Below the pieces are notes generated by a model. That model saw only the letters and a program-made list of their open reading frames with translations. It made no database searches and was not told the origin of the DNA. A DNA stretch of 64,000 bases, taken from positions 1 through 64,000 of the forward strand of contig JAQBHB010000031.1 in NCBI GenBank assembly GCA_032128115.1, in the 5' to 3' direction. Position numbers and translations under genes: made by a program. This stretch comes from Deltaproteobacteria bacterium. Its GTDB lineage: Bacteria; Myxococcota_A; UBA9160; SMWR01. Positions 10,406 through 18,359 of the stretch are shown piece after piece; positions within the stretch are counted from its first letter, which is position 1; every line of letters starts with the position of its first letter.

Positions 10406-13124
10406 CGGAATCCGCTTCGGGGGGCTTCGCATAGAGGAAGCTGGCGAGATCGGCCTTGTTCGCTGCGACGGGGGATCCGTCGAAGAGAAGATTCGAGCCC
10501 TGCTCGAGCCAGTGCGTGTCGCGTGTCCTGACGAATACCGTCCGCCAGATCGACGCGGACGCCGGGCCGAACTCTGGCTTCTTCTGGAAAAGCGCGAATC
10601 CGACATCGCAATCCATCACCGTCATGGTCATTCCGTCGAAGTTGGAGCTGTCCTTGACGGCCACCGCGATCTTGGCCTTCTGGATCTTGATGTACTCCCC
10701 CTCCATCCGACTCGCTTCCCCGACACTGAGCGCCTTGTCCCCGGCGTTGGAGATATTGACCTCGCGGACGGTGATCTGCGTGCCCGAGACGTCGATCGCA
10801 TCATTGCCGATGTTCGTGAACGTCGAAGCGTCGATGCGCCCATCCGAGAAGTCCGAATCGAAGGCATCGGAGCGTGTGTTCGAGAACCGCGCACGAGTGA
10901 TCTCGAAGTTCGAGCGCACGATGTTCAGCGCGTCCTCCGAGTCGTTGCCTTCGAAGACCGTGTCCTCGATCGTGACGTCGGAGTGGTAGAAGGTGACCGA
11001 AGACGTCAATTGCCAGAGGGAATTCGCCGGCACGGTGAGCTTCTCGAAGCGAACGTGTCTGAGCAACGAGCGTCCCTCGGCGTCCAACACGATCAAGCCA
11101 CTACCGGTCCCATCGGATGACGTGATCGTCAGCGGACCGAACTCGCCTCCTTCGAATTCGATTGGCGAGTAGCTCGTGATTCTCGAGCCGTTTTGGAGAT
11201 CCAGCATGGTGTTGGCGCCGCCCCGAAGCGTGTAACCCGCCGGCACGGTGAGATCGCGGGTCAGCGTCCAGGATCCGGGCCTGATCGTCAGCAGCTTGGA
11301 TTTCGCGTCGACCTCCAGAAACGGCCAATCACCCAGCGGCGCGTTCGGGTGGTGGGATGTCGGGTCGGGAATCTTCGCCACGAACGGAAACCAGCCATAC
11401 AGTTCCCGCTCGAGAATGGAGCTCGAGCCCGGTAGCCGGTATCGGATCGCGGATTCCGGGGGCGGAGTTCGCCCGAGGTTGGAGTCGGTCTTGTTCCGTG
11501 CCGGAATGATCTGTGCGACTTCGCCAACCGGCTCGAAATCGAACGTCTCGAAGTCCATGGGCTCGTAGCGCGGCTTGCCGTTGAGGAGTAGGGGATCGCC
11601 CGGGCGATAGACGAGGCCACCGTACACCACCTCCACGACTTCGATCGGGAGCTTCTGGGCATTTCCGATCGCCAGCTTCAATCTTCCGTCGACGTTCTGC
11701 TCCAGATAGCCGACCACTGCGGCTCGCGGGCGCACGCGGCTTCGGATGAAGTACTGCCGCTCGTAGAACTTACGCTTCGCGAAATGGAACAGCAGCGGTA
11801 CGCCCGTCGTCAGGGGATGCCCGGTTGCCGTGTCGATGAACGGAACCTCGGAGTAGAGGAAATCGAGGATCCGGTCGAGTTCCGGATCGAGGTCCTGGAA
11901 GATCGCATCCAGATAGGCCGGCTGTGACACGCGTTCGAGCTCGCGCACGTACGCCTCGAAGAACTCGCGCTTGTCCCGGATGTCGGGGCCGAAGAACGCA
12001 TCGTAGTAGTCGGACATCGAGTAGCCGCGCGGCTGGCGAAAATCGCTCAGCTCTGCGGTCAGGACGGGAAACTTCCTGCCATAGTACTCCAGGTCGAAAC
12101 CGATGGGTTCGAGCTTGAGCGTGATGGGGTTGTAGTAGAACTTGATGCTCTTGGGCAACGCGCCGTGCCACATCTCCAGCAGGTCGACGAGGGCATAGAA
12201 ACGCGCCAGCAATCGCACGTCGAATGCCTCGGCCAGGCGCAAGCGTCCATCCCGGAAACCCTCCATCAGGTAGATCGCCTGTTGCAGGAGCTCCGGATTC
12301 TCTTCGCTCCAGCGCCGTTCTTCGTACGCTTCCACCGCCATCAGGTTCCAGGAGTCCATACTCGGAACCTCCTTGCTGAACTTCAAGATCGGTCCGTCGC
12401 GCCGTTCGTTGCTCTCGATCAGCCGCTTCTCGAAACCCTCTTCCAGGGCGTAGATGCCCTGGGATTTCCCGTTCACGTGGACCTTCATGAACTGGTAGCG
12501 GAGCCCGATCAGGCCTTCGCGCTTGAGAATCTGTTGAAAGAACCATTCGTAGGCGTAGTTTCGCAGCACGGGCTTCTGAAGCGAGAACCCCTCCATGCCG
12601 AAGATCGTGCGGTTGCCCCGCACGTCGACACGGAACGACCAATGATCGGGCTGTTTAAAATGCTCCTTCCTCTCGCCCTTGAGGCGGATCTTCACGGGTA
12701 CCGACTCGCCGTCGAGGCGAAACGTCGCGGGAACCTCCACCTCCCTGCGAAGGATCTCCCCTTCTTTGCCCGCGATCACCGCGAGATCGTTCTGGGAGGC
12801 GAACTCGAGTTTTCGATAGTTGTTCTGACTGATGTCGATGTAGAGCTCCGGAAAATCCGAATTGAAGCCCAGCCAGCGCAGGACGGGAAACCGGTAGCTT
12901 CGGACGCTTTCGAAGAACTCGACAGCGAGGTGGTAGGCACCGATCCGGTAGAACGGCGGGGGTTGGTAGCGGAAATGGCCGACCAGGAGATAGAGGAAGA
13001 CGACGACGGGCAGCGTGATGAACAGTTGCCCCAGCGCGAGGAGCTTCCATCCCCGGGCCGGGATTCGGCGACTTGGCTTGTCGCCTCGCCCGTTTGTGCT
13101 GAGGCCTTCGATGGGGATCGGCAT
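10383..13124 (-). CDS. CotH-kinase family protein with N-terminal TM anchor and C-terminal beta-helix
   Basis: KIRLKG, WSFRV, VNGKSQGIYALEE, YYNP..KLEPIGFD; EDALN/SDAFDSDFS/DAIDVSG/GDKALSVGE beta-helix repeats. Confidence 0.85.
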   Translation of the reverse strand: MPIPIEGLSTNGRGDKPSRRIPARGWKLLALGQLFITLPVVVFLYLLVGHFRYQPPPFYRIGAYHLAVEFFESVRSYRFPVLRWLGFNSDFPELYIDISQNNYRKLEFASQNDLAVIAGKEGEILRREVEVPATFRLDGESVPVKIRLKGERKEHFKQPDHWSFRVDVRGNRTIFGMEGFSLQKPVLRNYAYEWFFQQILKREGLIGLRYQFMKVHVNGKSQGIYALEEGFEKRLIESNERRDGPILKFSKEVPSMDSWNLMAVEAYEERRWSEENPELLQQAIYLMEGFRDGRLRLAEAFDVRLLARFYALVDLLEMWHGALPKSIKFYYNPITLKLEPIGFDLEYYGRKFPVLTAELSDFRQPRGYSMSDYYDAFFGPDIRDKREFFEAYVRELERVSQPAYLDAIFQDLDPELDRILDFLYSEVPFIDTATGHPLTTGVPLLFHFAKRKFYERQYFIRSRVRPRAAVVGYLEQNVDGRLKLAIGNAQKLPIEVVEVVYGGLVYRPGDPLLLNGKPRYEPMDFETFDFEPVGEVAQIIPARNKTDSNLGRTPPPESAIRYRLPGSSSILERELYGWFPFVAKIPDPTSHHPNAPLGDWPFLEVDAKSKLLTIRPGSWTLTRDLTVPAGYTLRGGANTMLDLQNGSRITSYSPIEFEGGEFGPLTITSSDGTGSGLIVLDAEGRSLLRHVRFEKLTVPANSLWQLTSSVTFYHSDVTIEDTVFEGNDSEDALNIVRSNFEITRARFSNTRSDAFDSDFSDGRIDASTFTNIGNDAIDVSGTQITVREVNISNAGDKALSVGEASRMEGEYIKIQKAKIAVAVKDSSNFDGMTMTVMDCDVGFALFQKKPEFGPASASIWRTVFVRTRDTHWLEQGSNLLFDGSPVAANKADLASFLYAKPPEADSGEVQAPL

Positions 13125-13813
13125 CAGGTGAGCCGAACGTCTTCCACGAACGTCAGATCGAGCCCCTGAAACCGCTGCTGCAGTGTGTTTCGCAGGCTTG
13201 CGAACTCCGAGAAGTCGCCGACGACGATGTCGAAAATTGCTTCGGTTCGATCACCGAGTTCTTCGAATCGGCGCAAGCTCGCGCTCTGACAGGAGTCTCG
13301 AAGCAGGGCCACGACGCCTTCGACGTCCAGGCTGCTGCCGTCCGGACGCGTGCTCAGCGTGAGCAGCAGGTTGCTTCGCTCGTGACTCGAGCCGCTGAGG
13401 GTGTCGTACAGGAAAACGGTCCCGAGGATGAGAACGAACGATACGATCGTCACCATCCGCTGGTCGGCGCCAAATCCGAGCCCGATTGCGATCGTCAAGA
13501 AAAGGTAGCCGAGCTCTTCCGGTTCCTTGATTGCAGCCCGGAAGCGAACCACAGAAAGGGCTCCGACCAGGCCAAGAGACAGCGCAAGCGACGACTTGAC
13601 GACCGTGATGATGAGGGTCGTCGTGATGCCGACCAGGACGAACGTCTTGGCCAACGTCCTCCGGTTCGTCAGGGTGGTTCCGAATCGGATGTAGAAGAAC
13701 GCGAGGAGGGCACACAAAAGTGCCGTCAACAGGAGATTGGCGGAGAGCCCCGCAAGGCTCACCTCCCCTGCATGGGTCGCGAGAAACTCCTGGAACGTCT
13801 GCGTTCGCCCCAA
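13124..13813 (-). CDS. DUF4956 membrane protein
   Basis: VKSSLALSLGLVGALSVVRFRAAIKEPEELGYLF signature; TGATG-coupled to CotH. Confidence 0.9.
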   Translation of the reverse strand: MGRTQTFQEFLATHAGEVSLAGLSANLLLTALLCALLAFFYIRFGTTLTNRRTLAKTFVLVGITTTLIITVVKSSLALSLGLVGALSVVRFRAAIKEPEELGYLFLTIAIGLGFGADQRMVTIVSFVLILGTVFLYDTLSGSSHERSNLLLTLSTRPDGSSLDVEGVVALLRDSCQSASLRRFEELGDRTEAIFDIVVGDFSEFASLRNTLQQRFQGLDLTFVEDVRLT

Positions 13814-14117
13814 CTTGCGTTCTCACCCTTCTGCGTGATGGCCCGTCACTTCGGCCCGGGGATTCTGCGGGGGGGGGTCTATTGCGAGCCCCTCATTATA
13901 GCGCGCAATCGGGATGCCATCCGAGCTTTGCGCGGCGTGTGTGTGTGAAGCGAGCCGTCGTCTCTTGCACCCGCCGCCCGCGTGATTCGGATCGGTGCCG
14001 AGTCGGTCGGCGCAACACGGGAACGGGCGGAAGCACGCGGAGACCTGGCCCGGCTCCCCGAGGGGATTGCCGCACCGCCGCGCATCGGCCGGTCTCCCGG
14101 GGCCTCGGGCCCTGCTG

Positions 14118-14309
14118 TCAGGACTGCTGGGCGGTCGACTCCAGAGAGGCGCCGCAGACCTTGCAGAAGCGCGCATCGGCGTCGTGGCCCTCGGCCATGC
14201 ATTGTGCGCAGCAGCGGGTCGTCAGCCTTCGCGATGCAACGGCTGCCTCCACCATCTCGGCCGTGACGATGCCGGTCGGAACCGTGATGATGCTGTAGCC
14301 GAGGATCAT
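14118..14309 (-). pseudogene. C-terminal fragment of an ion transporter / K+ channel with Zn ribbon
   Basis: MILGYSIITVPTGIVTAE (last TM helix) plus CAQC...ARFCKVCG; N-terminal part absent. Confidence 0.75.
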
Positions 14310-14420
14310 CTAGATCGCCGCGAGAAGTCGCATGCGGGATCCGCAGCGAGGGCAAGTAAAGGCATCCGTAGGAAACACCAGACAGTGGGCCAGCGCATTC
14401 GGAACGGCCCCCTCCTTTGC
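14310..14420 (-). mobile_element. IS91-like transposase C-terminal remnant
   Basis: RMRW...VFPTDAFTCPRCGSRMRLLAAI, frameshifted, resembles IS91-family tails. Confidence 0.55.
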
Positions 14421-14485
14421 TGCGACCGTGTAGACTGACGGCCTGTCAGATACACCGGATCCCCGCCGCAGGCTCCCCGTAGGGG

Positions 14486-14561
14486 TGAACGGTCGGGTTG
14501 ATGGTTTACAAAAGTCCGGGCACATCCTTTACACGAAAGGATGCCCTGGATGGAAACCGAC
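14486..14561 (+). mobile_element. IS481 left end plus first codons of transposase
   Basis: 14505-14534 is 28/30 identical to the reverse complement of 535-564; then GAAAGG and ATG 14541 reading MPWMETD, a typical IS481 N-terminus. Confidence 0.8.
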
Positions 14562-14949
14562 ACCGCAGACGCAACGCCAACCTGGACGGCGGAGGGACCA
14601 ACGACAATCCCCATCATGGAGTTTCGCGTGTTGTCCGGGGAGCAGGCCCGCGAACTCCTTCGCTCCTACGAGCTGGTAGGAGGAAAGTAGAACTTCCCGT
14701 TCATGACGTGGCCGTACAGCACGTCCGGGCTCAAGAAGAACAAGCGGCGTTTTCGGTAGTGGCGATTGGATTCACTATGTCGACTGGGCTCACTACGTCA
14801 GATGGGCGCCCGGCTCGGGGATTGTGCGCGGCGATCCCGGACGATAGAGTTCGTTCGCCGCATCGTCGACGAAATTCGTCACGAGCCGGGACGAACATTC
14901 TTGATCAGCGGGGCGACACTGCCCTGATGGGGTGATGGGGGAAACGAAG

Positions 14950-15216
14950 ATGGCTGCCAGAAAGAAGGCGGGGACCCTTTCGAAGCTGAGGAAGGCGGTG
15001 GCGAAGGACCTCGCCTCGCTCAAGGCCAATCACAGGAACGAGGCCGCAGCGCTGAAGAGGCAGGTGGCCGCAGCCAGGAAGAGGGCAAGAGCAGAGCTTG
15101 CGAAGCTCAGGAGAGAGGCGTCCGCCGAGATCACCAAGCTCAAGAAGGCAGCGGGCGGGAAGAAGACGACCAAGAAGAAGGCGACCCGGAAGAAGACGGC
15201 TCGCAAGAAGCGGTAG
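14950..15216 (+). CDS. small Lys/Ala/Arg-rich basic protein (histone H1-like, putative nucleoid-associated)
   Basis: 88 aa, coiled-coil-like core, tail KKTTKKKATRKKTARKKR. Confidence 0.7.
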   Translation: MAARKKAGTLSKLRKAVAKDLASLKANHRNEAAALKRQVAAARKRARAELAKLRREASAEITKLKKAAGGKKTTKKKATRKKTARKKR

Positions 15217-15533
15217 GTTCGACCCCGCCGCGGGAGTTCCCCGTCGGAACTTCATTGGCCAGCAGCAAGTGGGAAGTGGGAACTGGGGACGTCCCGGCGC
15301 GCCATCAATTTGCCGCTGGTATTTGCCGGTCTTTGCGGGAAGCCTCTTCTCCGCGCCGCGAGTGCCAGTTGCTCGTTGAGTAACTGCCCGAGAGCGGGCT
15401 ATCTCCGTCCTGCAGCTCGGAAACTCCCGCCGCGACGAAGATCGGCGCCAGGTCAGCCTCGATACAGTCCAGTTTCTTGCCAGGCGGCACAGTGCTTGGA
15501 TCGCGGATCCAGGCCAACGAGTAACGCAACGCC

Positions 15534-15574
15534 ATCTGGGAACCCATGTCTGGGATCTGGGAACCCATGTCTGG
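15534..15574. repeat. 21-bp tandem duplication
   Basis: ATCTGGGAACCCATGTCTGG(G) twice, intergenic. Confidence 0.9.
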
Positions 15575-15705
15575 AAAATAGCAAGGGCGTCCATCGGGGG
15601 TGCGCGTAAGATCGTAGCCTTCGCTCGGAGCGCTCTGCGCTTGCTGCGTGCTTGCGACTTGACTTTCGCTGTCGTCGGGCCGGATCTTGTTCGGCGGGAG
15701 GTCCC

Positions 15706-18105
15706 GTGAAGGCCCAAAATCCGGCCGCGCTCGCCTTGCTCGGACTCCTCACCGCCTGTGGACCCGCCGCCGTGCCGGCGTCCGTGGAATCGGCGCCGCC
15801 CGGGGCCATTGCGCCGCGGGGACCGGTGCGCCTGTTCGATCGCTACGACGGTGCGACGCTCCGGGGCAGCGCAGCCCCGGCGGAAGCCATCGCCTCGACC
15901 GAGCTTCGCTTCGACGGCGAGACGATGCCCGCCTGGACGGCGGGACCCGGCATCGGCGCGCTCGCCGTTGCGGCGGGACGCCTCACGGGAACCAGCGCCG
16001 ACACGCTGCCCCTGGTGCACCTCGAAGTGCCCGGCGACCCGGTCGACGACGATGCGCTCCACGCCGTCGTCGTGCGCGTGCGCGCAAGCGGAGGCAAGAA
16101 CCTGCGTGTTCGAATCCAGCCCGACTTCGAAGACGGCTTCGCGCCCGCCATCGACAACCCAGAGAGCCTGGGCTGGGGTCTGGCGACCCCGCTGCTTCCG
16201 GGCGATGACGTGCAGACCTACACCCTGACGCCGATCTTCGACGTGCCGACGCGACGAGGCATCCGACACCTTGTGGTGCGCCCGGTCGACGAGGCCGGCG
16301 CCGACTTCGAGATCGAATCCATCCGGCTCGTCTTCCACCGCGAGCACATGGCGAGCCTCGATTCCGGAGCCGGTTGGCACGGGCTGGGCGAGATCTACCA
16401 CGAGACGCTGCTCGCACGCGCGGGTGAGGCCCTGCGCTTCCCCGTCACGCTTCCGGAAGACCCGCGCCTCGAATTCGAACTCGGCTCCCTGGAGGCGGGG
16501 GCCCTGCGCTTCGTCGCCGCAGTGAACGCCGACGGCGCGCGCACGACGGTTCTGGAGCGCACCCTCACCACCTCGGACCGCTGGCAGGCCGCCACCGGCG
16601 ACCTGTCCGCCTGGGCCGGGCGGAATGTCGAACTGCAGCTCTCCCTCGAATCCGAGCTCCCGGGATCCATCGGCCTGTTCGGAAACCCGGTCGTGCGCGA
16701 TCTCGGCCCCGTCGACGATCGGCCCCAGGGCGTGATCGTCGTGCTCGTCGACACCCTGCGCCGCGACCACCTCGACGTCTACGGATTCGAGCGCGAAACC
16801 GCGCCCCACATCGCGCGCATGGCGCGAGAGGGTGCCCTCTTCCGGGACGCCATCTCCCAGGGAAGCTGGACGAAGGTATCCACGCCTTCGCTCTTCACCT
16901 CCCTCTACCAGAGCTCCCACGGCGTCACCGACTTTTCGACGCGATTGCCGAGCTCCGCCGACACCCTGGCCGAGATCTTCCGCAGCAACGGATACGCGAC
17001 GATCGGCTACTCGTCGGTCCCCTTCACCGGCAGGTTCAACAACATGCACCAGGGCTACGAAACCCTGCACGAGTCCACTTCGGTGCACGACTCGGAGGCG
17101 GCCGCGCACGGCGGCCGCAGCGCCAAGACCGCACGCGAGTTCGTGGATCGGTTCCTGCCCTGGCTCGAGTCGCACCGCGACGTGCCCTTCTTCGCCATGA
17201 TCCACGTCTTCGACCCCCACGACCCCTTCGAGCCGCGTAGCCCCTACGCAACGCTCTGGGCCGACACCGAGCGGCGCGCCGAGCACCTGCGCAACATCGA
17301 GACCGTGCTTCCCTTCATCAAGCATCCGCGCCGGCGCGACTGGAAGACACCCACCCGCGCCGAGGTCCTGGCCGCCGGGCTCGACTCCGAGCGGTACATC
17401 AGCGTCGACCTCGATTGGTACGACGGATCGATCCGCGGCATGGATGCCGAGGTCGGGCGACTCTTCGAGCGCCTGCGGGCCCTGGGACTCGCCGACGACG
17501 TGGTGGTGGCCCTGGTGAGCGACCACGGTGAGGAATTCCACGACCACGGCGACATCACCCACGGCCATTCTCTGTACCGCGAGGTTCTCGAGGTTCCGCT
17601 GGTCATCTGGGGACCCGGGCGCGTGCCCGCGGGCACCGATGTCGCGGCAACCGTCGAGACCCTCGATCTGATGCCCACCCTGCTCGAGCTCGCGGGTCTC
17701 GAGTCTCCCTCTACCCTCCAGGGCCGCAGCCTGACGCCGTGGTTCGATTCCGATACAGCCGCGGCGGCGAACGAACGCGTGGCGATCGCCGAGCGGCTGC
17801 CCCTCGCCGCCAACGAGGGTCAGAGCGAATCGGTGGCCGCCGTCTCGGGACGTTGGAAACTCATTCACAACACCGTGCGGATCGACGGTCGACCCGAGTT
17901 CGAACTCTTCGATCGCGTCGCGGACCCCGCGGAGCAACACAACGTCGCCGACGCCCATCCGGAGCGGGTGGCGGCGTTGCGAGCCGAGATCGAGGCCTGG
18001 CGCGAGCGAACCGCCGCCCTTCGGCTCGAGGCCGACGACGACGCGGCGGAGGGGATGGACGCCCAGGAGCTCGAGCGCCTGCGGGCGCTGGGCTACGTGC
18101 AATAG
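15706..18105 (+). CDS. sulfatase-like hydrolase/transferase lipoprotein (Thr at the nucleophile position)
   Basis: GGAGGT RBS plus GTG; LLTAC lipobox; VDTLRRDH, SWTKVS, DPHDP, SDHGEEF..HG..HG, ERLRALGYVQ. Confidence 0.88.
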   Translation: MKAQNPAALALLGLLTACGPAAVPASVESAPPGAIAPRGPVRLFDRYDGATLRGSAAPAEAIASTELRFDGETMPAWTAGPGIGALAVAAGRLTGTSADTLPLVHLEVPGDPVDDDALHAVVVRVRASGGKNLRVRIQPDFEDGFAPAIDNPESLGWGLATPLLPGDDVQTYTLTPIFDVPTRRGIRHLVVRPVDEAGADFEIESIRLVFHREHMASLDSGAGWHGLGEIYHETLLARAGEALRFPVTLPEDPRLEFELGSLEAGALRFVAAVNADGARTTVLERTLTTSDRWQAATGDLSAWAGRNVELQLSLESELPGSIGLFGNPVVRDLGPVDDRPQGVIVVLVDTLRRDHLDVYGFERETAPHIARMAREGALFRDAISQGSWTKVSTPSLFTSLYQSSHGVTDFSTRLPSSADTLAEIFRSNGYATIGYSSVPFTGRFNNMHQGYETLHESTSVHDSEAAAHGGRSAKTAREFVDRFLPWLESHRDVPFFAMIHVFDPHDPFEPRSPYATLWADTERRAEHLRNIETVLPFIKHPRRRDWKTPTRAEVLAAGLDSERYISVDLDWYDGSIRGMDAEVGRLFERLRALGLADDVVVALVSDHGEEFHDHGDITHGHSLYREVLEVPLVIWGPGRVPAGTDVAATVETLDLMPTLLELAGLESPSTLQGRSLTPWFDSDTAAAANERVAIAERLPLAANEGQSESVAAVSGRWKLIHNTVRIDGRPEFELFDRVADPAEQHNVADAHPERVAALRAEIEAWRERTAALRLEADDDAAEGMDAQELERLRALGYVQ

Positions 18106-18266
18106 TCCCGGATTCGCCGACTCGGCCCCGAATGCGCGCGGCGCACCCCTTTATTGCCGGTTCCCCGTGCCTCCTGCTGCTCTGATGCCGAAAAACGGGG
18201 AATTCGAAGCCCCGCACGCTAACGTCAGGTGGAGGTGGGTACCGGGAGGCTCGTGCGTCGAGTGCG

Positions 18267-18352
18267 AGCTGGGACGGCCAGCTGGGACGGCCGAATGGCC
18301 AATCGTTGACCCGGAAAGGCCAATCGGTGACCCGAGGAGTTGACCCGAGGAG
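18267..18352. repeat. nested short direct repeats upstream of the PEP-CTERM gene
   Basis: AGCTGGGACGGCC x2 (18267-18292); GGCCAATCG(T/G)TGACCCG x2 (18297, 18318); TGACCCGAGGAG x2 (18328, 18341). Confidence 0.8.
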
Positions 18353-18359
18353 GGCTGAC

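Noticed and set aside
13895..13900. TATAAT on the minus strand upstream of DUF4956
   Set aside because: Plausible -10, but no matching -35 or extended -10, so not called as a feature
14905..18102. 1065-aa minus-strand ORF
   Set aside because: Antisense shadow of the sulfatase-like and histone-like genes; no motifs; expected in high-GC DNA
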